A DNA stretch of 64,000 nt from an uncultured Pseudobdellovibrionaceae bacterium (GTDB lineage: Bacteria; Bdellovibrionota; FAC87; UBA2466). Numbering within the stretch: the stretch's first letter is position 1; each line of letters begins with the position of its first letter. A program made the position numbers and the translations under genes. The notes beneath the pieces are model-generated. The model ran no database searches, had not been told where the DNA came from, and saw only the letters and a program-made list of their open reading frames with translations. Shown piece after piece: positions 1 to 8,825 of this stretch. The stretch covers positions 11,301-75,300 of the forward strand of contig CAZZHG010000009.1 of assembly GCA_964653655.1 (NCBI GenBank), read 5' to 3'.

Positions 1-1
1 C

Positions 2-352
2 GTGCGCACTCTCTATTTCGATCCGAAGATGCGGTGGTGGCGGGCGAAGCCCCGTTACGAAACTCATATGCCGAGCCTCGTTCACTTGACGCAGGACTGG
101 CACTATCCCGTGCTTCGCAACATTTCCGAAGGCGGCTGTTTCGTCGAGACGGCCCATCTTCTCGACGTGAACTCCAAATGCAGCGTCGCCATTCCGCTTC
201 CGGTGCCTCTCAACGTCTCCGTGATACAGGCGGAAGGGGAGGTTCGCTGGGTTTCCACCAATCCGCTCCGCCACGGTATGGGGATTCAATTCAACAACCC
301 GAGCCCCGCCATCGCCAAAGCCCTTCGGGGTTTTGTCGCCCACCAGCTTTAG
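2..352 (+). CDS. PilZ domain protein; the ORF opens with GTG at position 2 and may be 5'-truncated by the window edge
   Basis: C-terminal part resembles PilZ c-di-GMP binding domains (hydrophobic beta strands, GMGIQF motif). The ORF starts at the window boundary. Confidence 0.4.
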   Translation: MRTLYFDPKMRWWRAKPRYETHMPSLVHLTQDWHYPVLRNISEGGCFVETAHLLDVNSKCSVAIPLPVPLNVSVIQAEGEVRWVSTNPLRHGMGIQFNNPSPAIAKALRGFVAHQL

Positions 353-359
353 TCCGCGT

Positions 360-692
360 CTACATGTGCGCTGACGCTTGTTCTTGTGCTTCGGCGTGTT
401 CGTGCGCGTAGACGTGAACGTGCACCTATACGCAAGTTGGGGTGGCAAGAAAGCGATCGCTGGAAAGGGTAGTGCCGCTAGGTTCGGGCGTGGGTGGGGT
501 TCGTAGGCATACGAAACCCATCCGCGACTAACTCTAATTTGTGGCGGTACCCGCGCGAAGCTTCTAGGGAATGGTTCTCCGTATAAGTTCACGTTCACGT
601 CTATGGATAGGCTAAAGCCGACGTCTACCTCAACGTGAGCGTCTAACCATAAGTGGAAGCCAAACGTCTTCGTAAACCTGGCCCCCAAGGGG
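360..692 (+). promoter_or_regulatory. Long (~330 nt) leader upstream of kamD with a distal 14-bp inverted repeat (TAGACGTGAACGTG at 409-422; reverse complement at 590-603) and a local hairpin (GGGTTCGTA..TACGAAACCC around 505-535). Candidate structured 5' UTR / cis-regulatory RNA
   Basis: Seen directly in the sequence. No ORF of 60 aa or more lies in this gap. High GC with repeated CGTG/ACGTGAACGTG motifs. Confidence 0.25.
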
Positions 693-2318
693 TTGAAAAC
701 CGAGCGAAGTTCCCGGATACTGCCCCGCAGAATGTCGTTTTCAAATGAGCTCCCGCTACCGGCGAAGCAAATCGCCCGGTGTCGGCAAATTGCGTCCTCC
801 ATCGGCGATACGGTGGTGAAGCTCGTCCAGGCCAATTCGACGGTCGGGATCGAGCGCGCGGCCTTGCGCCTTCTCGGTTTCGACGGCGCCCTCGCTCACG
901 AAGGGCTTCTCTTTCCGGCCAGCAACTTCATCGTCGACCAGCTGAAACGCGCCGACCGGCTTCACGAGGGAGCCATCTACGCCATTGCGAACGCGCTCGT
1001 CGCCAGCGGGGAAACCGTCGAAGGGCTCCAAAAGAGAGTCCTCGAGGATAAGTTCGACGTTGGCGCGGTCGGTTCCCAGGACGCGAAGAAAGTGAAGAAG
1101 AAGCTCGATCTTCTCACCCGCGGCGCCTTCGAGAACCTGAAGCGCTATCGGACCGGCCGCCAGAAACTGCGGATGAAGCAGGGTGATCCAAAAAAATCGG
1201 GACGTCCCCTGAAATACGTCATCGTCGCGACGGGAAACATTTTCGAGGACGTGACTCAGGCGAAGAGCGCGGCGCTGGACGGAGCGGACATCATCGCCGT
1301 CATCCGCAGCACCGCCCAGTCGCTGCTCGATTACGTGCCCCAGGGCACGACGACCGAAGGATTCGGGGGCACCTACGCGACCCAAGCCAACTTCCGCGTG
1401 ATGCGCCAGGCGCTCGACGAACTGGGCGCCCAGATGGGCAAGTACATCCGGCTCACCAACTACTGTTCGGGTCTCTGCATGTCGGAGATCGCCGCGCTCG
1501 CTTCCCTGGAAGGCCTCGACTGCCTTCTGAACGACGCCATGTACGGAATTCTCTTCCGCGACATCAACATGAAGCGGACTCTCGTCGATCAGCACTTTTC
1601 CCGCGTCATCTGCGGTTTCTCCGACATTTGGATCATGACGGGCGAAGACAACTACATGAAGACCACCGACGCCGTGGAAAGCGGCGACCAGGTGCTCGCC
1701 TCCGAGTTCATCAACGAGCGCTGCGCGCTGAACGCCGGCATGAAGCTCGACCAGATGTCCATCGGCCATGCGATGGAGATGAATCCGGATTACGAGAACG
1801 TGATCCTCATGGAAATCGCGCGCGCCCAGATGACCCGCCAGATTTTTCCGAAGAGCCCCCTCAAGTACATGTGCAACACCAAGTTCAAGACGGGCGACAT
1901 CTTCACGGGCCACGCGCTCGATACCATCTTCAATTTCATCGGCTCCTTCACCGACCAGGGAACGATTCTCCTTGGCATGCCGACGGAAGCGATTCACACC
2001 CCGTGGCTTCACGATCGCACCGTCGCCATCCGCAGCGCGAATTACGTCCTTAACGGCACGCGCTCGATGACGGGCGAGTTCGGGTACCGCTCGGACGGGT
2101 TCATCTCCAAGTTCGCGAAAAAAGTGCTCGGCGACTGCGTGGACCTACTCGAAAAAATCGACGACCAGGGGTTCCTGGACGCCATCGAGAAGAGGACGTT
2201 CGCGGGAGTGAGCCGCACGGAAAAGGGCGGCAAAGGTTTTGACGGCGTCTTCGCGATCGAAAAAGGGCGCTACCAGAATCCGTTCTATAAACTGATGGGG
2301 AGCAAGATTTCGGTATAA
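693..2318 (+). CDS. kamD: Lysine 5,6-aminomutase alpha subunit (KamD-like). The true start could be the downstream Met at 732
   Basis: 541 aa. Conserved KamD blocks: YVIVATGNIFED, AVIRSTAQSLLDYVP, TTEGFGGTYATQANFR, NYCSGLCMSEIA, LNDAMYGILFRDINM. Immediately followed by the B12-binding beta subunit. Confidence 0.8.
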   Translation: MKTERSSRILPRRMSFSNELPLPAKQIARCRQIASSIGDTVVKLVQANSTVGIERAALRLLGFDGALAHEGLLFPASNFIVDQLKRADRLHEGAIYAIANALVASGETVEGLQKRVLEDKFDVGAVGSQDAKKVKKKLDLLTRGAFENLKRYRTGRQKLRMKQGDPKKSGRPLKYVIVATGNIFEDVTQAKSAALDGADIIAVIRSTAQSLLDYVPQGTTTEGFGGTYATQANFRVMRQALDELGAQMGKYIRLTNYCSGLCMSEIAALASLEGLDCLLNDAMYGILFRDINMKRTLVDQHFSRVICGFSDIWIMTGEDNYMKTTDAVESGDQVLASEFINERCALNAGMKLDQMSIGHAMEMNPDYENVILMEIARAQMTRQIFPKSPLKYMCNTKFKTGDIFTGHALDTIFNFIGSFTDQGTILLGMPTEAIHTPWLHDRTVAIRSANYVLNGTRSMTGEFGYRSDGFISKFAKKVLGDCVDLLEKIDDQGFLDAIEKRTFAGVSRTEKGGKGFDGVFAIEKGRYQNPFYKLMGSKISV

Positions 2319-2320
2319 CC

Positions 2321-3079
2321 ATGGCGGAGATCGACCTCAAAAATCTGCTGCCGTACGGCGATACGACTCAGGACGGAGCCGTGCAGCTCTCCTTCACGCT
2401 TCCCGTGGAGCCGAGCCAGAAGGCCAAAGAGGCGGCGACCCAGCTCGTGAAGCTGTGGGGGTTCCACGACATCAAGGTCGCCCACATGTCGAAAGCCGGG
2501 GTAGGGTACTCGTTCTTCGTCTGCTTCGGCCGCATCGATAAAGGCATCGACATCACGAGCCTTCACGTGCCGGAAGTCAGCATCAGCACCCGCACCTACA
2601 AGGAAATCGACAAGCTGATCAAGGAAAAGGTCGGGCGCAAGATTGTCGTCGTCGGGGCCTGCACCGGGTACGACGCCCATACCGTCGGGCTCGACGCCAT
2701 CTTGAACATGAAGGGCTTCGACGGAGACATCGGCCTCGAGCGGTACCAGGGTTTCCGCTGTGTTAATATGGGAAGCCAGATACCGACCGATGAGCTCATC
2801 GATCGGGCGGTCAAGGAGAAGGCGGACGCGATTCTTCTCTCCAAGATCGTGACCCAGAAAGACATTCACATTCACGATATGCGGGAACTGATGACGAGGC
2901 TGAAAAAGCGGGGACTCGAGAACAAGTTCATCCTCGTCGTGGGCGGCCCGCGCGTGACCCACAAACTCGCCCTCGAGCTCGGCTTCGACGCCGGATTTTC
3001 CATCGGCACCAAACCCAGCGACGTCTCCAATTATCTTTTAGAAAAGATGATCGAGCGTAAGGACAAGGGCGAGTCATGA
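2321..3079 (+). CDS. kamE: Lysine 5,6-aminomutase beta subunit (KamE-like), B12-binding Rossmann domain
   Basis: 252 aa. Starts 3 nt after the kamD stop. B12-binding domain features (VVVGACTGYDAHTVGLDAI, glycine-rich segments). Size matches KamE (~260 aa). Confidence 0.8.
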   Translation: MAEIDLKNLLPYGDTTQDGAVQLSFTLPVEPSQKAKEAATQLVKLWGFHDIKVAHMSKAGVGYSFFVCFGRIDKGIDITSLHVPEVSISTRTYKEIDKLIKEKVGRKIVVVGACTGYDAHTVGLDAILNMKGFDGDIGLERYQGFRCVNMGSQIPTDELIDRAVKEKADAILLSKIVTQKDIHIHDMRELMTRLKKRGLENKFILVVGGPRVTHKLALELGFDAGFSIGTKPSDVSNYLLEKMIERKDKGES

Positions 3080-3912
3080 GCCCAAAAGAAAAAAGTCTCG
3101 TGGTCGGCCGCGGCACGGAGTCGGAACAGATCGCCTACGCTCTCGATCTCCAGAGAAACGTCCTCATCGAAGGTCCGGTCGGCGTCGGAAAGACTTTTCT
3201 CGTTCAAGAGATTTTGAAGTCCCGCAAGCAAGGCTACGAGCGTATCGACGGGGATTCCCGTTATACGGAACAGAAGCTCACCGGCTGGTTCGATCCGCCG
3301 CTCGTGCTCAAGAAGGGCTATTCGAAGGACACGTTTCTCGACGGGCCGCTAGTTACCGCCATGCGGGAAGGGAAGATTCTCTTCATCAACGAGCTGAACC
3401 GGATGCCGGAAGCCGTCCAGAATATTTTGCTGCCCGCGATGGACGAACGGCGCGTGACGCTTCCGAAAATCGGCGTCATCACGGCGAAAAAAGGTTTCTC
3501 CGTAGTCGCCACCCAGAATCCGCGGGAGTTCACGGCGACTCATTCGCTTTCGGAAGCGCTGCTCGATCGCTTCGAGATGATCCGTCTCGACTACCAAACG
3601 GAAGCCGAGGAGCGCGAGATTCTGGAAGAGCAGGCGGGAGACGTCGACAAAGCTTCTCTCGGCAGAGCGCTTTACCTGGTTCGCGCGACCCGAAGCCACC
3701 CGGCCATCAAGCGGGGGGCCAGCATCCGGGCGGCGCTCGCCGTGTGTCAGCTCGTTGGAGCGGGAGTGGAGTTCCGCGCGGCGGTTTTCATGGCGCTTCC
3801 GGGGCGCATCGAGATGGTCGCCTCCGATCAGGACGCGCGCCAGATCCTCGCCGAGATCCTCGATAAGGGCGCGCCTTCCTCCTCGGCTGAAAAAAAAACT
3901 CAAAAAGCCTGA
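3076..3912 (+). CDS. MoxR-family AAA+ ATPase (short CbbQ/NorQ-sized form)
   Basis: Walker A GPVGVGKT, Walker B FINELNRMP, sensor region ATQNP. 278 aa. The ATG overlaps the kamE stop (ATGA at 3076-3079), indicating translational coupling. Confidence 0.75.
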   Translation: MSPKEKSLVVGRGTESEQIAYALDLQRNVLIEGPVGVGKTFLVQEILKSRKQGYERIDGDSRYTEQKLTGWFDPPLVLKKGYSKDTFLDGPLVTAMREGKILFINELNRMPEAVQNILLPAMDERRVTLPKIGVITAKKGFSVVATQNPREFTATHSLSEALLDRFEMIRLDYQTEAEEREILEEQAGDVDKASLGRALYLVRATRSHPAIKRGASIRAALAVCQLVGAGVEFRAAVFMALPGRIEMVASDQDARQILAEILDKGAPSSSAEKKTQKA

Positions 3913-4022
3913 CCGATAGGCTCTTTCCCTCCAAATTAGGCGCCGTTTTCCTTCCTCCGGAACTTTCGCAGGCTATCGACGAGGACGCGGGGGAATCCGC
4001 TCTGGGCGGCAAGACCGATCTG

Positions 4023-4787
4023 ATGCGGGAGATGTATTTCCGCCGGGTTCAGGGGGCCGAGCGAAGCGAGGACGAGGATAAGCTTCTCGTGCGCCTCATT
4101 CTCGAGCACGCGCGCCAAATCGTCGCTCATCCGGCGAAACCGCTCGAGCGCAGGCTGGAAGAGTGGGCGCGGGCTCCTTTCGCGGAGCTCGCCCTCGACG
4201 AAACTCTCGAGGAAGATCCGATGCTGGTCGACGAGAAGAGCATATTCGTCGAAGAGCAGCGCGAAAAACGATTCACGTGCGCCGCCATGCTCGACGTCAG
4301 CTCCTCGATGTCGGGCGACAAGCACTTGCTCGCGAGCATCGCGGTCGCGGTGATGCTTCTCGAAGTTCCATCGGCTAGCAACGCGCTTTCCGTTTTCGCC
4401 TCCGACGCGAAAACCGTGAAGGGTTTGGAGACTAGAGAGCCGCCGGAAGCGACCGTGCTGAAGTTCTTGAGGGTGCGTCCGAAAGGCTTTACGAACATTC
4501 ACGCCGGGCTCGAGGAAGGGCTCGCCCAGTACCGCCGCGCCGGAGTCACTCGCCGAAAGGTCGGCCTTCTTGCGAGCGACGGCCGCTCGACCGAAGGTCC
4601 GGAGGCCGTGGACATCGCCAAGCTCTACGACTTTCTCGTCGTTTTGCACCTGCACGGACCAGGGAGTTTACTGGAAAGCAGCGAAGCCATTGCCCAAGCT
4701 GGCAACGGGATATGCCTGGAAGTCCGGGCCTTTGAAGAGCTTCCTCGCCGTCTTTACGATGCTCTGCGCCTCATAGCCCGCCGGTAA
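4023..4787 (+). CDS. von Willebrand factor A (VWA) domain protein, the typical partner of a MoxR ATPase
   Basis: MIDAS-like motif DVSSSMSGDK...ASD(GRST). 254 aa. Lies 110 nt downstream of the MoxR gene on the same strand. Confidence 0.6.
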   Translation: MREMYFRRVQGAERSEDEDKLLVRLILEHARQIVAHPAKPLERRLEEWARAPFAELALDETLEEDPMLVDEKSIFVEEQREKRFTCAAMLDVSSSMSGDKHLLASIAVAVMLLEVPSASNALSVFASDAKTVKGLETREPPEATVLKFLRVRPKGFTNIHAGLEEGLAQYRRAGVTRRKVGLLASDGRSTEGPEAVDIAKLYDFLVVLHLHGPGSLLESSEAIAQAGNGICLEVRAFEELPRRLYDALRLIARR

Positions 4788-4873
4788 GCCTACTTGTGTT
4801 GACGTGCTGCGGCAATTTCGGCATAAACCGCCCGGGCCGATTATTAACCCATTGGCTTAAAGAGGTATCTCTC

Positions 4874-5854
4874 ATGCGCTCCCTTCTCCTTGGTCTTCTC
4901 GCCTTCGCGGGCGTTGCCCGCGCCGGCACCTTGGTTCTCCCGGTCAACGTTCAGACGGACCTGCCCTCCTGTGAAGGCACCGTCGAAACGAACCGCAACG
5001 GAAACCAGATCAACATCGTTTTCCGCAAAGTGAAGTTCTGCTCGAACTTCGACATCGTCTCCACGGGCTTCGGGATTCTCGATGCTGGTTACAAGGCGAA
5101 AAAGATTCCGGAAACGTCGACCGGCCTTCGCGGCGGCAGCTTCACGATTCCCCAGGCCTACATCGACCGCGGCCTGAACATCATCACGGTGGAAGTCCGC
5201 TCGAATAAGGGCGCCCACAGCGACACGATCAAGCTCGTGTTTGCGACGAATCCGGTCCAGCCGATCGTCCCGGTGATTCCGCAGCCGGTTCACGGAACGC
5301 TGCGCGGTTTCTGTGCGGACCACGACTATTCTAATTTCAAGGCCGCCAAGGCGTTTGCTTATTCGGGCTCCGGTCTCGGCAAGTTCGACTCGGAAGCCAC
5401 GGCTTGGGCGAGCGAGTACAATCGCACGCACCGTTGCAACACGATCGGCGAGTACAAGGCTCGGTTCACGGCGCTCTTCGACTACGGCTACAACGGCAGC
5501 TACCTCGGCAAGTTCACGTCGGAAGCCCGCACCTTCGCTCTCGGCTACGTCGAGACGACCGAAGTTCCGACGGTGGAGGCCTGGAAGGCTCTTTTCAGCG
5601 TGGTGCAGCCGTTCTTCTACGACGGCAAGTACCTCGGGCTTTTCACTTCGTCCGCGAGACAGCGGACGGACGAATGGGTTCGCCGCGGCACTTGCGGCAA
5701 CGCCCGGCTAATCGCCGCGATCAAGTCCGAGTTCACCCGGCATTTCAATTTCGCTTCCAGCAGCGCCGGTTTGAACCAGTTCACGACGCAAGCCCGCGCT
5801 TATGCGGCCGCGAAAGTCCGTAACATGACGAGCTGTTCGGACCTCATTCACTAA
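4874..5854 (+). CDS. Secreted protein of unknown function with four ~40-aa internal repeats (Y.GS.LGKF.SEA...)
   Basis: Signal peptide MRSLLLGLLAFAGVARA after RBS AAGAGGT. Repeats: YSGSGLGKFDSEATAWASEY / YNGSYLGKFTSEARTFALGY / YDGKYLGLFTSSARQRTDEW / SSSAGLNQFTTQARAYAAAK. Confidence 0.55.
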   Translation: MRSLLLGLLAFAGVARAGTLVLPVNVQTDLPSCEGTVETNRNGNQINIVFRKVKFCSNFDIVSTGFGILDAGYKAKKIPETSTGLRGGSFTIPQAYIDRGLNIITVEVRSNKGAHSDTIKLVFATNPVQPIVPVIPQPVHGTLRGFCADHDYSNFKAAKAFAYSGSGLGKFDSEATAWASEYNRTHRCNTIGEYKARFTALFDYGYNGSYLGKFTSEARTFALGYVETTEVPTVEAWKALFSVVQPFFYDGKYLGLFTSSARQRTDEWVRRGTCGNARLIAAIKSEFTRHFNFASSSAGLNQFTTQARAYAAAKVRNMTSCSDLIH

Positions 5855-5866
5855 GTTCGCAATCAG

Positions 5867-5905
5867 AAAGGCCCGGTTTCCTAAGCGAAGCCGGGCCTTT
5901 TTTTT
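5867..5905 (+). terminator. Rho-independent terminator: 10-bp GC stem (AAAGGCCCGG / CCGGGCCTTT) followed by a T8 run
   Basis: aaaggcccggtttcctaagcgaagccgggccttttttttc, located directly after the stop at 5854. Confidence 0.75.
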
Positions 5906-6072
5906 CGATAAGTGATAACAAATTTATACTAATTCATTTTCATCAAATTACGTAATATATTAATATTATTAGAATTAATTATAATATGTGATAACAAATT
6001 AGCATCTTTATTGGTTGGTGTCCGTGCTTGGACCCCGTTAAACTGAAAGCAGATGGAAACAGGGAGGCCAAT
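5906..6072. promoter_or_regulatory. AT-rich (about 25% GC) intergenic island holding two identical 13-bp direct repeats GTGATAACAAATT (5912-5924 and 5988-6000). Probable promoter/operator for the downstream lipoprotein/TIGR02147 cassette
   Basis: The base composition departs sharply from the rest of the window. The two exact 13-mers sit 76 bp apart. RBS GGGAGG lies at 6061-6066, before the ATG at 6073. Confidence 0.4.
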
Positions 6073-6948
6073 ATGAAAACGAATCTCAATGGGTTAGTGA
6101 ATCTCTTGATCCTTGGTCTGCTGGTGGTCGGGTTGTTCTTTGGCTGCGGCAAGAAGTCGGCGCTGGAGCCGGGAATGACCGGCCTGACTTTTCAGGGAAC
6201 CAAGCCCGGAGCCTTTGCCGCCGTGGCATCGGCCTTTGGTGTCGTATCCGCAGCCAACACCATCTCCGTGCGCGATCGCAACGGCAGCGAAGCCGGGGTT
6301 CTGACTCTCACCGAGGCGCGGGTCGCCCTTAAGGAGATAAAGTTCAAGAAATCCGGAGAAGACGCAGGCGAGGCCAAGTACCAAGGGCCTTACATTGTCG
6401 ATTTGTTGAGCGGCGTGGTCACTCCGGAGTTGCCGGCTATCCGGCTCGGCGCGGGCGACTACGAGCGCATCGAGCTTAAGCTGGCGAAGCTGGAAGACGG
6501 ACAAGTGGCGGACGGCGATGTCATGGCTCACAAGAGCATTTACCTCGCGGGAACCTATACGGGTAACACCTCGGCCGGCGCCGTCACCGATGCTCCGTTT
6601 ACGCTCACGTTCGAGCTGGATGACGAGTTCTTTTTGAGCGGCGACGAGGCTCTCGTCATTTCCGATGTCGAGCCGAATCCGATCATCGTCGCCTTCCGGC
6701 TCAATCGTTGGGTGGCGTTCGACGACTCCGAGATCAACGACAAGAATGTGGACTTCTCTCAGGTGGCGGTTTCGGGCGGAGAGATTTCCCTTTCCGATCA
6801 GTCTGGCGCCACGGACCAAAAGATCTGGGAAGTCATCCGTAAGGGCATCAAGGAATCGGCGGATTTCGGCAAGGATGACGACGACAATGGCGTACTGGAA
6901 TGCGCCGAGGACGAAGATGACGATTCGAAAGACAGCCGAGATTACTGA
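6073..6948 (+). CDS. Lipoprotein of unknown function with an acidic C-terminal tail (paralog A)
   Basis: Lipobox LFFGCG. Paralogous to the 7793-8659 product (LTEARVALKEIKFKKSGE vs LTDARLALKEIKFKRSGE). Asp/Glu-rich C terminus. Confidence 0.6.
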   Translation: MKTNLNGLVNLLILGLLVVGLFFGCGKKSALEPGMTGLTFQGTKPGAFAAVASAFGVVSAANTISVRDRNGSEAGVLTLTEARVALKEIKFKKSGEDAGEAKYQGPYIVDLLSGVVTPELPAIRLGAGDYERIELKLAKLEDGQVADGDVMAHKSIYLAGTYTGNTSAGAVTDAPFTLTFELDDEFFLSGDEALVISDVEPNPIIVAFRLNRWVAFDDSEINDKNVDFSQVAVSGGEISLSDQSGATDQKIWEVIRKGIKESADFGKDDDDNGVLECAEDEDDDSKDSRDY

Positions 6949-6957
6949 GGAGGCCGC

Positions 6958-7779
6958 ATGAAGGACCGGCGACCCGACATTTACGAGTACCACGACTACC
7001 GGACGTTCCTGCGAGAGTGGACGCAGTGGCTGAAATCCCGGCGCCAGGGCTATTCGCTGAGGGCCCTGGCCCGGGAAGCCGGTCTATCGTGCGCTTACCT
7101 TCCTCAGGTGCTTTCGGGAAAGCGCAAGCTGACGCAGAAAGCCCTGGCGAAGGTGATGGGAGCTTTGAAGTTACCTTCCCGAGAGCGCCATTACCTCGAG
7201 CTGCTCGTGCAAGCGGCCGAAGGATCGGCGACCGAGAGAGCCGAAGCGATGGAGCAGACCCAGCGGCTTCGCGCCTACCGGAAGGCGAATCCGAAGGAGA
7301 GCGAAGTGTATCGATACCTCACGCGATGGTTTTACGTGGCGCTGAAAGAGCTCGCTTCGGTGCCGGGCTTTCAAGCGGATCCGAGTTGGATCCTGTCGCG
7401 GATAAGAGGGGGCCTCAATCATCAGCAAGTCGCGGACGCCGTGACGTTCTTGACGGAAAACGGATTTCTTCGCACGGACCCCAATGGGACTATTCGTCCC
7501 GCCGAAAAGGACATCCGGTGCGTCGGCGAGGTGTTTCGCGCGGCATTGAGGCAATTTCATCATCAGATGATGGGCATTTCGCTTCAATCGCTGGACGAAT
7601 CGCCCGCGGGTTCCCATATTATTCTCGGACATACGACGGCCATTTCCTCGAAGCAGTTCGGCCGGGTGCGTGAAATTTTGCAAAATGCCCTACGGCAGAT
7701 CGAGCGCCTGGGGCAGGAGGAAAAGGGTCTGGACGCCGTCTACCATATCGGTCTTCTGGCGGCTCCGCTGACCAAGTGA
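6958..7779 (+). CDS. TIGR02147-family (Fsuc_0455-like) HTH-containing putative regulator
   Basis: N-terminal YRTFLREW...GYSLRALAREAGLS..YLPQVLSGKRKLT signature. RBS GAGGAGG. The family is known from Fibrobacter and Bdellovibrio-like genomes. Confidence 0.55.
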   Translation: MKDRRPDIYEYHDYRTFLREWTQWLKSRRQGYSLRALAREAGLSCAYLPQVLSGKRKLTQKALAKVMGALKLPSRERHYLELLVQAAEGSATERAEAMEQTQRLRAYRKANPKESEVYRYLTRWFYVALKELASVPGFQADPSWILSRIRGGLNHQQVADAVTFLTENGFLRTDPNGTIRPAEKDIRCVGEVFRAALRQFHHQMMGISLQSLDESPAGSHIILGHTTAISSKQFGRVREILQNALRQIERLGQEEKGLDAVYHIGLLAAPLTK

Positions 7780-7792
7780 TATTGGAGGTTCT

Positions 7793-8659
7793 ATGCTCGC
7801 GAAACTTTTTCGAGTGATATTGGTCTCCGTTCTGCTGTGGCTGCTCGCCAGTTGCGGCACCACCACGGGAAACTACGGAGTCGCGCTCGTCGTTCAGGGA
7901 ACGAAGCCCGGCTCGCTGGTCTCTGCCGTGAGTCGATTTCTGGGATTCGCCGCCGTAAGAGCTCCCACTTCCATCACGGCCGTGGACAAGAACGGGTCCG
8001 CCGGAGGAACGGTGACCCTCACTGACGCGCGGCTCGCCCTCAAGGAAATCAAGTTCAAGCGTTCGGGGGAGGGCACCGGCGACGTCAAGTACGCGGGGCC
8101 GTTCGTGGTGGACTTGCTCACAGATACCGTCACTCCTTCCTTCGAGACCATCGCGCTGTCCGCCGGGACGTACACTGAGTTCGAGATGAAACTGGCCAAG
8201 ATCGAAACCGGGCTCGAAGCGTCCGACTCGCTTCTCGGCAAGAGCATCTACCTCGAAGGCACTTACAGCGGGCCCACGGGCAACAGCGGGACCGTCACCG
8301 GCATCCCCTTCACGCTAGCGCTCGAGATCGACGAGGAGTTCGAGCTGCCGGCCGGCGCCAAGGGTTTCGACGTCGCCGACAACACTCTTTCCACCGTCAT
8401 CATCGCCTTTCGAATGGCGAAATGGTTCGCCTTCGACTCGCCGGTAAACGACAAGTCCGAGGATCTCTCGGACGTATTGGTAAGCAGCGGGCGAATCGAT
8501 CTGTCGGACGCCTCGCCGACCACGAACAAGAACATCTGGGAGGTAGTCCGCAATCTCGTCAAGGCCTCCGCCGACTTTGGAAAGGACGAGGACGGCAGCG
8601 GCAAGCTCGAAAGCGATGAAGACGAAGACGACGACGGTGAGGACGGCGACGACAACTAG
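7793..8659 (+). CDS. Lipoprotein of unknown function with an acidic C-terminal tail (paralog B)
   Basis: Lipobox LLASCG. Paralog of the 6073-6948 product along its whole length. C-terminal DEDEDDDGEDGDDN. RBS GGAGG. Confidence 0.6.
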   Translation: MLAKLFRVILVSVLLWLLASCGTTTGNYGVALVVQGTKPGSLVSAVSRFLGFAAVRAPTSITAVDKNGSAGGTVTLTDARLALKEIKFKRSGEGTGDVKYAGPFVVDLLTDTVTPSFETIALSAGTYTEFEMKLAKIETGLEASDSLLGKSIYLEGTYSGPTGNSGTVTGIPFTLALEIDEEFELPAGAKGFDVADNTLSTVIIAFRMAKWFAFDSPVNDKSEDLSDVLVSSGRIDLSDASPTTNKNIWEVVRNLVKASADFGKDEDGSGKLESDEDEDDDGEDGDDN

Positions 8660-8825
8660 ACGCGCTTTGCCGGTCGACACTTTTCCTCGCGCCCGAAAGA
8701 CATTTAGATTTTCTCCGGGGCTCGTTCCGCCGTTCGCGCGGAATCCGCCCAGGCGCCGCCCTCGGCCACGGCATCCGTGTCCCGATGATTTCATCGTGAC
8801 GGGCGGAACCCTCTCCGGTTACGCT

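Noticed and set aside
34-411. 125-aa Arg-rich ORF overlapping the PilZ gene
   Set aside because: It is in an alternate frame of a supported CDS, with GC-driven Arg/Ala composition and no start context.
360-692. Cobalamin or lysine riboswitch upstream of kamD
   Set aside because: No B12 box (GCCACTG) or L-box conserved blocks are visible. The region is kept only as an unclassified structured leader.
756-2012. 418-aa ORF antisense to kamD
   Set aside because: It lies entirely inside a strongly supported kamD gene on the other strand. Long spurious antisense ORFs like this are expected in high-GC DNA.
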